A stretch of DNA of 64,000 nt, taken from an uncultured delta proteobacterium (GTDB taxonomy: Bacteria > Myxococcota_A > Polyangia > Haliangiales > Haliangiaceae). Position 1 is the stretch's first letter, and every line of letters begins with the position of its first letter. The notes beneath the pieces were generated by a model, which searched no databases, was not told where the DNA came from, and worked only from the letters and a program-made list of their open reading frames with translations. A program made the position numbers and the translations under genes. The stretch covers positions 150,343 to 214,342 of the forward strand of contig CAVYYE010000009.1 in the NCBI GenBank assembly GCA_963772655.1, given 5' to 3'. This document shows, piece by piece, positions 8,818 through 18,653 of this stretch.

Positions 8818-10911
8818 TCAGCTTGCGGGCTGCGCGTCTTTTCGTTCGGCTAGGACAATGATGTGACGGGATTGGTTGCCGAAAAATCGCCCGCGCGTGT
8901 GATAGGCGCCGGAAACCTCCAACACCCTGAATCCTGCGGAGTGCATGAGCTTCCCGACCTCATGCAGGGAGTAGGCCCGCAGCGAGATCTCTTGCTCGAG
9001 CTGCCGGCCGTCGTCGAACACCACGGAACGATTCACCTGGATCCGGGAGCTGAAGTAGTTGAGCTCGACCTCTTCGAGCACCACGCAGCCATCGCCCTCC
9101 CACCACACGCGGGTGGGAAGGTCCGCGATCACGTAGTCGCGGTTGAGGATCTCGATCAGCACCTTGCCACCGGGTTTCAGTGCACGGGCGATGTTGGCGA
9201 CCGTCTTCTTGTTGGTCTCGTCGTCGAAGTAGCCGAACGTCGAGAACAGGCAATACGCGGCATCGAACTGCCCGTCGAAGTCGAGCTCCCGCATGTCACC
9301 GCGGATGAAGTTGATCGACAGCCCGCGGCGATGCGACTCCTCGCCACCACGCACGAGCAGTGGCGTCGACAGGTCGAGCCCGACCACGTGGAACCCACGC
9401 GCGGCGAGCTCCATCGCGTGGCGACCGTATCCACAGCCGACGTCGAGCACCTGCGCGCCGGGCGATAGCCCCATCGTGTCGATCACGAACTCGGCTTCCG
9501 CCTGCGTCGCTTGCGGCGTGAGGAACGGCAGCGTGCGGAGGTAGTCCTCGTCGAACAGATCGACGAACCACGGCTTGCCGCGTGGTGACTTGGGCTCGAC
9601 GGGTACGCGAGGCGCCGGCTTGGGGGACTCCGCCTTCTTCGGCGGCGGTGCGGGAGGTGGCTTGTGCGCCTTGTCGGCCTGCGCGGCCGGCGGCGGTGGG
9701 GGCGGTGCCACGTGACCACCCACCGGAGGCGGCACGCTCGGCGGACGCACACGCTTGGCCTCCGGTGCGGCCGCCGCGGCCTTGGTCTCGTCGTCGGACT
9801 CCTCGCCGACGTCGACCTCGATCTCGCCGGACGCCGAAGCCGCGCGATCCGACAGCTCCTGGATGTCGATTTCCGGAACCGACTGCGGCTCGTCGGACTC
9901 CGTCTTCACCACCTCGACATCGAGCGCGGTCAGCGGCTGGGTCTGGTTGCTCGGCGATGCCGACGGCGGCGCCGGTTCGATCGCCGCGACCGGAGGCGGC
10001 GCGGTCTCGCCGGTGGTGGTGCGGGCCGTTTGCGGCGGTGCGGGTGGCGTGGGAGCCGGCGGTGCGACCGCGGGCTGGGTCGCCGCGCGCACGGCATCGC
10101 GCACCTCTTCGAGATCGTCCTCGCTGAGCGCGACCGTCTTGAGCCGCTCGCGATGCTCGCGCGGCGCGATCGGCGATACCGGTGCCGACGACGTGTCGGT
10201 CGGGATCAGCGTCGGGATCGCGGCTTCGGGCGTCTCGGTGTCGATCGTCGGGCCTTCGAAGCCGGTCATGTCGACGTCGACATCGACTGGCGGCTCGGTG
10301 TCGTCGCGCGCCTCGATCTCCATCGACTCGATTTCCATCGAATCGAGTGATTCGCTCGAGTCGCGCGAATCGATCGATTCGACCGAATCGCTCGATTCGA
10401 TCGACTCGCGCGGTTCGACCGACTCCGACTCCATCGACGCGCGCGACTTCGATTCGGCCGGATCGGTGACCTGCATCGACTGCAGCCCGAGGGCCTCGAG
10501 GTCGACCGAGCTCATCTCGCGCGTCTTCATCTCGAAGTCGACGCTCTCGACCGGCGAGCTCGGCGGATCGATCACGGTCTGCATGGGTTCGGGAGCCGTG
10601 GGCTCGGGGAACGCGATCGGCGCGCTGTTGTTGTTCGGCTCCGAGTTGTTCGGCTCCACGTCCGACGAAGGCGTATCCATCGCGACGCGCGGAATCGGCT
10701 CGGATGCGTCGTTGGTGAAGCTGTACGCGATCGACATCGCGAGCGACGGATCCTCGGGCACCGGAGGGACCACCGGCGGTGTGGTGGTCCGGCGCGGCAC
10801 GTTGTCCGACGGTACGCGGAGTCCGCCACCACGACGACGACGACGACGGCGCTCGGCCGTCGTCATGCCGACCTCCATGTCGGCCTGCGAGTCGTCGTCG
10901 CGTTTGCTCAC
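8818..10911 (-). CDS. Class I SAM-dependent methyltransferase with a roughly 450-aa acidic/proline-rich intrinsically disordered N-terminal region
   Basis: C-terminal about 250 aa carry motif I (VLDVGCGYGRHAMELAARGFHVVGLDLS) and post-I/II motifs. The N-terminus is low complexity with ESIES/DSxES repeats and PPAP runs. The start overlaps the psd stop by 4 nt. Confidence 0.8.
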   Translation of the reverse strand: MSKRDDDSQADMEVGMTTAERRRRRRRGGGLRVPSDNVPRRTTTPPVVPPVPEDPSLAMSIAYSFTNDASEPIPRVAMDTPSSDVEPNNSEPNNNSAPIAFPEPTAPEPMQTVIDPPSSPVESVDFEMKTREMSSVDLEALGLQSMQVTDPAESKSRASMESESVEPRESIESSDSVESIDSRDSSESLDSMEIESMEIEARDDTEPPVDVDVDMTGFEGPTIDTETPEAAIPTLIPTDTSSAPVSPIAPREHRERLKTVALSEDDLEEVRDAVRAATQPAVAPPAPTPPAPPQTARTTTGETAPPPVAAIEPAPPSASPSNQTQPLTALDVEVVKTESDEPQSVPEIDIQELSDRAASASGEIEVDVGEESDDETKAAAAAPEAKRVRPPSVPPPVGGHVAPPPPPPAAQADKAHKPPPAPPPKKAESPKPAPRVPVEPKSPRGKPWFVDLFDEDYLRTLPFLTPQATQAEAEFVIDTMGLSPGAQVLDVGCGYGRHAMELAARGFHVVGLDLSTPLLVRGGEESHRRGLSINFIRGDMRELDFDGQFDAAYCLFSTFGYFDDETNKKTVANIARALKPGGKVLIEILNRDYVIADLPTRVWWEGDGCVVLEEVELNYFSSRIQVNRSVVFDDGRQLEQEISLRAYSLHEVGKLMHSAGFRVLEVSGAYHTRGRFFGNQSRHIIVLAERKDAQPAS

Positions 10912-11807
10912 GCACGACCTCCGGGATCAGGCATCGACCCGATCGCCTCGCCGAAGCGGACCATGCGGTCGGGCTCGAGCGCCAGCTGCGCACGACCTGC
11001 TTGCATCACCAGCACGACGGTCGAACCGAGCCGGAACGCGCCGAGCTCGTCGCCACGCGCGATCGGAATCTCCCCGAGCTCGACCCGCCGGCGTTCGTTC
11101 GCCTCCCGCAACGAGGCGCTGCTCGGGCCGTGCGCCAGCGTGATGTTGCCGACACCGGCGGCCGCAACCATGACCACGCAGACGTCGCCCGCCGACCCCG
11201 TGAGCTCGATGACGACGCGCTCGTTGCGCGCCAGTACGTTGTCGCGGCGTGCGGCGACCCGTGGATTGACCGGCCACAGCGCCCCGGGCAGATAGTCGTA
11301 GCCGACGAGCGTGCCGTCGACAGGAGCGTGCACGCGGTGGTAGTCGCGCGGAGACAGGTAGATGGTCGCGTAGTCGCCGCCGGCGAACCGCTCGGCGCGT
11401 GTCTCGCTCGCCAGGAGCGCGCCGAGCGTGTACTCCCGACCCTTGGCCTGGACGAGGATGCCGTCCGTGACGCGACCGCAGGCGGCGACCACGCCGTCAC
11501 ACGGCGCGCTGATCGCGCGAGGATCGGGATCGAGGGCGCGAGCACCATCGCGTAGTCGTCGCGCGAAGAAGTCGCCGAGCGACGGATACTCGTCGAGTGA
11601 CAGCTCGGGCTCCTCCAGGTTCGCACCGACCATGCGCGCGAACGCTCGGTACGCAAACGGTCGCAAACGCGTCGGTAACTCCTTCGCCGCGCCCCATCCC
11701 ACCAACGCCGAGTACATGCCGCCTACCGAACGACGGCGCAGACCGTGAGCGCCGACTGGCCACCGCTCCGTCGGCGAGACACCGGGTCCTGGCTTTTCGA
11801 AATCCAC
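10908..11807 (-). CDS. psd: Phosphatidylserine decarboxylase proenzyme
   Basis: YLSPRDYHRVHAPVDG motif and the C-terminal LGSTVV self-cleavage site (GST). GTG start at 11807; an alternative ATG at 11717 is possible. Confidence 0.85.
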   Translation of the reverse strand: MDFEKPGPGVSPTERWPVGAHGLRRRSVGGMYSALVGWGAAKELPTRLRPFAYRAFARMVGANLEEPELSLDEYPSLGDFFARRLRDGARALDPDPRAISAPCDGVVAACGRVTDGILVQAKGREYTLGALLASETRAERFAGGDYATIYLSPRDYHRVHAPVDGTLVGYDYLPGALWPVNPRVAARRDNVLARNERVVIELTGSAGDVCVVMVAAAGVGNITLAHGPSSASLREANERRRVELGEIPIARGDELGAFRLGSTVVLVMQAGRAQLALEPDRMVRFGEAIGSMPDPGGRA

Positions 11808-11953
11808 GCTGGTCGGAATCCCCCAGGCGTATCGTGGCGGTCACGAGGCCCGTTTTGGTGATTCTGCCAGGGGCCCCGCCGAGTTACAAGCACGGGGGGG
11901 CAGTGCGACGGTGGCTCGAATGAGGGAAATGGAGCCAGATGTAGGACGGAAAC

Positions 11954-12292
<339 letters not shown>

Positions 12293-12340
12293 CTACGTAT
12301 CGATAGCCCGAGATTTGTTTCTGGTGGGTTTCGACGGTCG

Positions 12341-14197
12341 TTATTGTTTCGGGATCTTCGCCATGAAGGCCTCGATCCGATGCATGCGTTCGGCCTGGGG
12401 CTTGTCGTACTGCAAGAAGATCATCAGCTCGTTGTACTCGCCGTCGAGCCGGCCGCCGTTCTTGGTCTTGTATGCGGTGTAGAGACGTCGCGCCTTCAGG
12501 AACTTGTTGGTCACCATGTCCTTGGTGATCTTGCTCGCGGTCTTGTCGGCGGACGGGGTCTCCTTGCGCGGGATCTTCGGATGGCTCGGGCGGACGCGCG
12601 GTCGCACCGGCGCGACCCTCGGCGAGTGGTCGGTACCGGTGTCGTCGGTGTCGTCGGTGTCGTCGGTGTCGTTGTCGTTGGCGCCGTTCGCATTCGAGCC
12701 CGCCGCGGCATGCGTGTGGGCGCTCGGCTCCTGCGTGGGCTCGGGAATCGGCTCGACCGTCATCGTGGTCGGCGGCGTGGTGGCCACCACGTCGTCGGTG
12801 TCGAGCTCGTCGTCGGCGCCGCCGCCTCCACGCATCACGAGCACGAGGATCAACACGACGGCCGCGGCCACCACCGCGCCGATCGCGTAGAGCCAGGTGC
12901 GGTCGCGGGCGAACGTGGGCTCCGGCGTGAACACCGTGCGTTCGGCGGTCCCGGTGCCGTCGGCAAGCGAGAGGTCGACATCGGATCCCGAGGCACCCGC
13001 GGGTACTGGTGGTGGCGTTGGCGGCAACGATCCGGGGCGTACGGAGGGACGCTGCGCCGACTGGCGCGTCGACACGCGCTGCGGTGGCGGGAGCTCGGCG
13101 GACGATGCCGGCAGCTGCGCGAGCGCGAACGACACCGTCGAGATCGTCTGGGTGTGAAACGCTTCCTGGAAGTCGGAGAGGTGCGCGCTGGCGACGCGAT
13201 CGTGGAGCTCGCGCTGCGCCGTCATCTCCTCGGAGAACAGATCGCGCATGTAGCTACCGAGCTGGTCGGTCGAGATCGTGGGGTTGACCGCGACCAGCGC
13301 TTGCTGGATCGCGTCGCGGAACTCGGCGGCCGACTGGTACCGATCCTCGGGCTTGGGGCGCAGCGCCGTCGCGACCAGATCGTCGTACGGCGCCAGCATC
13401 GGATCGATCTCCGAGGGCAACGGGTGCTCGCCCTTGGCGACCTTCTTGGCGAGCGCACGGTAGTCGGGCTCGGGACCGGCCTCGTAGAGACGCTGCCCGG
13501 TCAACAGCTCGTAGAGCACCACGCCCGCCGCGTAGATATCGGTGCGGTGATCGACGACGCCACCGCGGATCAACTGCTCGGGTGCCATGTACCCGAACTT
13601 GCCGAACCCCATCTTCGGATCGGTCGCGGTGCCGCGCAGCGCGCTCTTCGCGATCCCGAAGTCGATGACCTTGGTCTCGCCCTCGAACGACACCAGCACG
13701 TTGGGTGGCGAGATATCGCAGTGGACGAGGTTGAGCGAGGCACCGTCGATGCTGGTCCGCCGGTGCGCGTAGGCCAGGCCGTTGGCGAGCTCGCGACCGA
13801 TGAACAGGGCGAGGTCGACCGGCAGCCGCTCCTTCCTGCGACCGAGCAGCGACAGGATGCGCCGGAGGTCGCGCCCCTCGACGTACTCGAGCGCGAGGAA
13901 GTACTCGTCGCCGCAGCGTCCGACCTCGAACACCTGCGCGACGTTGACGTGCTGGAGCTTGATCGCGACCTGGGCCTCGTCGACGAACCGCGAGATGAAC
14001 GACTCGTCGGCCGCGAGGTGCGGCAGCACCTTCTTGATCACCGCGAGCTTCTCGAACCCGGCAAGGCCGTGCTTGGCCAGGAAGATCTCGCCCATGCCCC
14101 CGCGGGACAGCCGCTGGATCAGCAGGTACCGGCCGAACACCTGAGGGAGGCTCGGATCCTGTCGGCCGAAAGGCCCGCTGTGCGCAGCTTTATCCAC
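12341..14197 (-). CDS. Eukaryotic-like Ser/Thr protein kinase (non-RD type) with a C-terminal TM segment and Pro-rich tail
   Basis: Gly-loop LSRGGMGEIF, VAIK-like AVIKKV, catalytic loop VHCDISPPNVLV (HRD replaced by HCD), DFG (VIDFGIAKS), APE (YMAPEQ). Probable GTG start at 14197; the longer ORF to 14344 would abut the divergent gene. Confidence 0.85.
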   Translation of the reverse strand: MDKAAHSGPFGRQDPSLPQVFGRYLLIQRLSRGGMGEIFLAKHGLAGFEKLAVIKKVLPHLAADESFISRFVDEAQVAIKLQHVNVAQVFEVGRCGDEYFLALEYVEGRDLRRILSLLGRRKERLPVDLALFIGRELANGLAYAHRRTSIDGASLNLVHCDISPPNVLVSFEGETKVIDFGIAKSALRGTATDPKMGFGKFGYMAPEQLIRGGVVDHRTDIYAAGVVLYELLTGQRLYEAGPEPDYRALAKKVAKGEHPLPSEIDPMLAPYDDLVATALRPKPEDRYQSAAEFRDAIQQALVAVNPTISTDQLGSYMRDLFSEEMTAQRELHDRVASAHLSDFQEAFHTQTISTVSFALAQLPASSAELPPPQRVSTRQSAQRPSVRPGSLPPTPPPVPAGASGSDVDLSLADGTGTAERTVFTPEPTFARDRTWLYAIGAVVAAAVVLILVLVMRGGGGADDELDTDDVVATTPPTTMTVEPIPEPTQEPSAHTHAAAGSNANGANDNDTDDTDDTDDTGTDHSPRVAPVRPRVRPSHPKIPRKETPSADKTASKITKDMVTNKFLKARRLYTAYKTKNGGRLDGEYNELMIFLQYDKPQAERMHRIEAFMAKIPKQ

Positions 14198-14346
14198 CGA
14201 CGGTTGCAACGAGCAAATCCTAACCCAGCGGGGGATTCCTACAACGATCACCTCGCGGGCCCAAGCGATCTGTGGGACCTGGCATAAGCCGTTGTGATCC
14301 GAGTGGTTGTAGGTGTCCATGTGGGTCTGATAGGGTGCCTCCAAGC

Positions 14347-15969
14347 ATGCGGGGCCTGGCGCTCGTCTCCGCGGGACTGTCGCTCGGCCTTCTGGGAGGC
14401 TGCACGACGGAGGGGTCGTTCGACCTCGAGCTCGTGTTGCCGACCGATCCAGCGCTGCGGCCGACCGGCATGACGACCGTCACCGTGACGCTCACGTCGG
14501 AGGGCGCACCGCCGGTATCGACGACGAGCGTGCTCGACGGCAACTCGTTCTCGGCCGGCGACCTCGCGGTCGCCGACGACGTCAAGCTCTCGGTGCAGCT
14601 CCGCGACGTGTCGAATCGCCTGGTCGGCGTCGGTGAAGCGCCGGACCTGATCGACATCGTCGGCAGCCAGGCGACGGCGGTCTCGATCCCGGTGCGCCGG
14701 CCGTTCGTGTACGCGAGCAACGGCTCGTCGCTGCTGTCGTTCGATCCCACGCTCGACGCCACCGACACCAAGTTCCAGGGTCAGATCTCCGGGGTGTCGT
14801 CGCCGCGGGTCGCGGTGTCGGTCGGTGGCGACCGGCTCGCGATCGTCTCGAGCTCGCAGGTCAGCGTGATCGCCACCGACACCAACCAGGTCGTGGGCTC
14901 GCCGATCACGCTGTCCGGCGAGACACGCGATGCCACCGCGATCCCGAACTCGCGGCGGATCGCGATCGCCGGCGACAACGGGATCACGGTCGTCGACATC
15001 GACACCGGTGCGATGACCACGACACAGGTCAGCGGTGTCGACCGGATCACCGTCGGACCGGCGCAGGACGGACGGATGATCGTCCACGGCCTGATCGGGC
15101 GCGTCCAACCCGAGGTCAACCCGCTGCTCGGATGCACCGGCTCGTCGTCGATCGTCCAGTTCGACGTCGATGCGGCGCCCCAGAGCGTGACCCCGCAGAC
15201 GCTGCCCGAGCCGGTCTCGGATCTCGCGGCGGCCCCCGAGAACGTCGGCCTGTTCGCGACGCTGCCGTGCAGCGGCAAGGTCGTGCGCATCCAGGGCGAC
15301 ATCGAGACGGGCAACGCCACGTTCGAGGACTTCGCCACCCTGCCCCGCGCCGCCGCGGTCGCGGTCGCCGGCGGTCGCGTGATCGCCGCCGGCACCCAGA
15401 AATCGACGCCCGTGTGCCAGGACCAGAACGGCATGACCTCGTGTCGGCCCGACTCGTCGACCAGCTGCTCCGGCGGGGTGACCCAGACCGCGGTCGCGTT
15501 CGTCTCCGACGGCGCGCACCTGGTCGTGCTGTCGAGCCCGCTCGACGGCGGGATGCCGATCACGATCGACCTCCCGGATCGGCGCGAGACCATCGTCGAT
15601 ACCGGCGACGATGCCCAGCAACACGCGCAGGTGCTCAACGCGTTCGGCACGACGCCGATCGATCTGGTCGCCCTGCCCGGCGGTCAGCACGTCGCGGTCA
15701 TCACCCAGAGCAACTACGTGATCACGGCGCTGCGCGACAACCTCGGCAACCCGATCCTGCCGTGTCTCAACGCCACCACCGCCGACTGGCTGCTGGTCGA
15801 CCTCGCGACCACGTCGGTCGCGCAGCGCGTGCGGACGTCGTGCGGCGTCGATGTCGGGCCGTCGACCGTGTTCCCGCAGTGGGGATGCGATGTCCCGCCG
15901 CCCGGCGAGCGATCGAGCTTCGGCGAGTACACGCCGACGTCGGTCGGCGCCCTGTTCGGAGCGCGCTGA
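14347..15969 (+). CDS. Hypothetical lipoprotein (about 540 aa), secreted
   Basis: ATG at 14347: MRGLALVSAGLSLGLLGGCTTEG (lipoprotein signal). No recognisable catalytic motifs. Confidence 0.6.
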   Translation: MRGLALVSAGLSLGLLGGCTTEGSFDLELVLPTDPALRPTGMTTVTVTLTSEGAPPVSTTSVLDGNSFSAGDLAVADDVKLSVQLRDVSNRLVGVGEAPDLIDIVGSQATAVSIPVRRPFVYASNGSSLLSFDPTLDATDTKFQGQISGVSSPRVAVSVGGDRLAIVSSSQVSVIATDTNQVVGSPITLSGETRDATAIPNSRRIAIAGDNGITVVDIDTGAMTTTQVSGVDRITVGPAQDGRMIVHGLIGRVQPEVNPLLGCTGSSSIVQFDVDAAPQSVTPQTLPEPVSDLAAAPENVGLFATLPCSGKVVRIQGDIETGNATFEDFATLPRAAAVAVAGGRVIAAGTQKSTPVCQDQNGMTSCRPDSSTSCSGGVTQTAVAFVSDGAHLVVLSSPLDGGMPITIDLPDRRETIVDTGDDAQQHAQVLNAFGTTPIDLVALPGGQHVAVITQSNYVITALRDNLGNPILPCLNATTADWLLVDLATTSVAQRVRTSCGVDVGPSTVFPQWGCDVPPPGERSSFGEYTPTSVGALFGAR

Positions 15970-15970
15970 G

Positions 15971-16807
15971 ATGACGATGCGGACCCCGATCGCGATCGTG
16001 CTCGCGGCACTGGCGCTCGCCGCGGCAACGCGCGCCGAGGCCGACCCCGATCCCAAGCGCAAGGTCGCCGTGATCGAGTACCGCGCCGGCTCGTCGGGGC
16101 TGTCCGGGATCTCGGAGCGGATCTCGGCCGCGCTCGGCAAGCAGACCTCGCTCGGCGTGCTCGGCCCCGACCAGATGCGCGCGCTGTACGGGGACAAGCT
16201 CGAGCAAGCGATCGTCACGTGCGCCGGTCAGGCCGCGTGCGTGGCGAAGATCGGACGCAAGGTCGGCGCCGCCGAGGTCGTGCTGGTCGGCGTGTCCGAG
16301 CTCGGCGACTTGATCCTCACCCTGCAGCGGATCGACGTCGCGCGGCGCACCGTGGTCGGACGCGTCGCCGATTCGATCCCGCTCGGCTCTCCCCCCTCGG
16401 ACGCGCAGCTCGATACCTACCTGACCAAGCTGCTGCCGCCGAGCGACTTCCTGCGGTTCGGCGTGATCGACATCATCGCGTCGGAGGCCGGTGCACGCGT
16501 GCGCGTCGGCGACGAGCAACGGGGCCTGACGCCGATCCAACCGCTCCGACTGCGCGCGCCCGCGAGCTACGACATCAGGGTCGAGAAGGACGGCTTCGTG
16601 CCGTTCTCGACCCAGGTCCAGCTGCCGGCCGACGGCGAGCTCAAGGTGCGAGCGCAGTTGCAGCGCCCCGGCCGGACCGCCTGGTACCAGCACTGGTACG
16701 TGCTCGCCGGGATGGGCGTGATCGTCGCCGGTGCGGCCGGCGGTGCGATCTATTTCGCGACCAACGGGCCGAGCGATCGCGTCACGTTCAACGGGGTGAT
16801 CAAGTAA
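15971..16807 (+). CDS. PEGA-domain protein with signal peptide and C-terminal TM helix
   Basis: ATG 1 nt after the upstream stop. MTMRTPIAIVLAALALAAATRA signal. PEGA-like segment (ASYDIRVEKDGFVPFSTQVQLPADGELKV). C-terminal hydrophobic WYVLAGMGVIVAGAAGGAIYFA. Confidence 0.7.
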   Translation: MTMRTPIAIVLAALALAAATRAEADPDPKRKVAVIEYRAGSSGLSGISERISAALGKQTSLGVLGPDQMRALYGDKLEQAIVTCAGQAACVAKIGRKVGAAEVVLVGVSELGDLILTLQRIDVARRTVVGRVADSIPLGSPPSDAQLDTYLTKLLPPSDFLRFGVIDIIASEAGARVRVGDEQRGLTPIQPLRLRAPASYDIRVEKDGFVPFSTQVQLPADGELKVRAQLQRPGRTAWYQHWYVLAGMGVIVAGAAGGAIYFATNGPSDRVTFNGVIK

Positions 16808-16977
16808 CGTGGCCCGTCGCGCGAGCCCCGATGGGCATCGCGGCTCGCACCAGCCCCTAGAGAACGGGTCTCGCCTCCGGGCAACACCCAAATAACGTTG
16901 CCCGTCGCGCGAGCCCCGATGGGCATCGCGGCTCGCACCAGCCCCTAGAGAACGGGTCTCGCCTCCGGGCAACACCC
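16805..16977. repeat. Tandem direct duplication (2 x 85 bp, period 88 bp, 1 mismatch), each copy with a strong nested hairpin; sits between convergent genes
   Basis: Copy 1 16805-16889 and copy 2 16893-16977: TAACGT(G/T)GCCCGTCGCGCGAGCCCCGATGGGCATCGCGGCTCGCACCAGCCCCTAGAGAACGGGTCTCGCCTCCGGGCAACACCC. Stems GCGAGCC/GGCTCGC and CGATG/CATCG. Confidence 0.9.
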
Positions 16978-16994
16978 GGCTCCACCTGTCGACT

Positions 16995-17465
16995 TCACGC
17001 TGGCTCGGACAGGTCCAGGACCATCACGAGCGCGTCCTCGGCGTTGTCCTGGTAGTAGCCCGTGCGCACGCGCACCGTCGCGAACCCGGCGCGTTCGTAG
17101 AGGGCGATCGCCGGCGCGTTGCCGCGGCGCACCTCGAGCGTGGCGAGCGTGCAGCCCTCGGCACGCGCGTCGCCGAGCACCCGCGCGAGGAGCCGCCCCC
17201 CGATGCCGGCGCGGCGACGATCCGGGTGCGCGGCGACCGAGTGCACGTGGAGCTCGCCCGCGACCACCCACGCGACCAGAAACGCGATCGCCAGGCCGCG
17301 CGGATCGCGCGCGACCCACACGCGGGCGTGGTCGCGCTCGAGCTCGGCCGACAGCGCGGCGCGCGTCCACGGGCGAGGGAACGAGTGGCGCTCGATGTCC
17401 TCGATCGCGTCGAGGTCGGCGACGGTCGCGCGAGAGATCTCGGCGATCGCATCGTGGGCGCTCAC
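16995..17465 (-). CDS. rimI: GNAT N-acetyltransferase, RimI-like (ribosomal protein alanine acetyltransferase)
   Basis: 156 aa with GNAT motifs (VARDPRGLAIAFLVAWVVAGELHVHSVAAHPDRRRAGIGGRLL...). Lies 4 nt downstream of engB. Confidence 0.75.
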   Translation of the reverse strand: MSAHDAIAEISRATVADLDAIEDIERHSFPRPWTRAALSAELERDHARVWVARDPRGLAIAFLVAWVVAGELHVHSVAAHPDRRRAGIGGRLLARVLGDARAEGCTLATLEVRRGNAPAIALYERAGFATVRVRTGYYQDNAEDALVMVLDLSEPA

Positions 17466-17468
17466 GAC

Positions 17469-18116
17469 TTAGCCAGTACCCTTGGGGTGCGCCAGCGAGC
17501 TGCCAGGCGAGCCAGTACCCTTGGGGTGCGACGCCACCAGCCCGACGACCTGCTTCCACAGCGTCTCCATCGCGCCCGGGATCGGATCGAGCGTCGACAC
17601 CGCGACCGGATCGCGTGCGAGCGACAGCTGCGATCGCACCTCCTTCACGATCGGGACGCGCTTGTTCTTGGCGAGCTTGTCGGCCTTGGTCAACGCGACG
17701 ACCACCGGGCGCTGGCGCTCCCCCAACCACGGCACGAAGTCGAGCTCCTCTTCCTTGACCCCGCGGCGGATGTCGACGAGCAGCAGCACACCGGCGAGCG
17801 TGCCGCGCTGGTCGAGGTAGCTCTCGATCAGCGGGCGCCAGCTGTCGCGCATCTGGGGCGACACCTGTGCGTAGCCGTAGCCCGGCAGGTCGACGAGGTG
17901 GAACTTGGTCTTGCCGTCGATCGCGAACCAGTTGAGCAGCCGCGTGCGACCGGGCGTGCGCGAGGTGCGCGCGAGGCCGTCGTGACCGACCAGCGTGTTG
18001 ATGAGGCTCGACTTGCCGACGTTGGACCGCCCGACGACCGCGACCTCGGGAAGGTCCTCGGGTGGGAACTCGCTCGGCTTGCTCGCCGAGATCACGAAGC
18101 GGGCGGGGACTTTCAT
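17469..18116 (-). CDS. engB: Ribosome biogenesis GTP-binding protein EngB/YsxC (YihA)
   Basis: G1 VAVVGRSNVGKSSLIN, GRTRLLNWF, G3 DLPGYGYA, TKADK. ATGA overlap with the upstream cytochrome gene. Confidence 0.9.
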   Translation of the reverse strand: MKVPARFVISASKPSEFPPEDLPEVAVVGRSNVGKSSLINTLVGHDGLARTSRTPGRTRLLNWFAIDGKTKFHLVDLPGYGYAQVSPQMRDSWRPLIESYLDQRGTLAGVLLLVDIRRGVKEEELDFVPWLGERQRPVVVALTKADKLAKNKRVPIVKEVRSQLSLARDPVAVSTLDPIPGAMETLWKQVVGLVASHPKGTGSPGSSLAHPKGTG

Positions 18117-18604
18117 GGCGTCTTGTTCACCGGGTGTACGGGGGCGGTGGGGTCGAACAGGCTAGCCCGGGTTCGGCGCGATGCCACGTGGCAACGCGCG
18201 CACACCGCGGCGCGGAGCTTCGGCGTCGACAGGTCGACCAGCCCGAGCGCGCGGGACACCGGCGGGTCGCGCATGATGTCGTCCTCGGCGTAGTCGGCTC
18301 CCGAGCCGTGGCAAGCCTCGCATCCGACCTCGACGGCGATCGCCACGCCGGCCGGCGCCTCGCCGGTGCCGTGACACGCCAGGCACTTCGCTGGTGGTGG
18401 GGTGGTGGTCCAGCGACGCGCCGTCGTGGCGTGCGGTGTGGTCTTCCACGCGGCGAGCTCCGCGGGATGGCACCTGCCGCAGCGCGCGCTTCCGACCCAG
18501 TCGCGGCGCGAACCATCGGCGCGCCGCCCACCGATCAGGCCGAGCACGAGCGCGATCGCCGCGAGCGAGAAGACCGAGCGCATCCGGGGTGTTCTCCGTC
18601 CCAA
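18113..18604 (-). CDS. Small periplasmic tetraheme c-type cytochrome
   Basis: Signal peptide plus four CxxCH motifs (CGRCH, CLACH, CEACH, CARCH) in 163 aa. Confidence 0.75.
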   Translation of the reverse strand: MGRRTPRMRSVFSLAAIALVLGLIGGRRADGSRRDWVGSARCGRCHPAELAAWKTTPHATTARRWTTTPPPAKCLACHGTGEAPAGVAIAVEVGCEACHGSGADYAEDDIMRDPPVSRALGLVDLSTPKLRAAVCARCHVASRRTRASLFDPTAPVHPVNKTP

Positions 18605-18653
18605 ACCGTTCGCACCCTACCCCGACCCGCCGGCCCCGTGGTACCCAAGCGCC

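Noticed and set aside
9296-11143. 565-aa and 462-aa ORFs overlapping the methyltransferase and psd region
   Set aside because: R/G/S-rich compositional artefacts. The psd and MTase frames carry conserved catalytic motifs.
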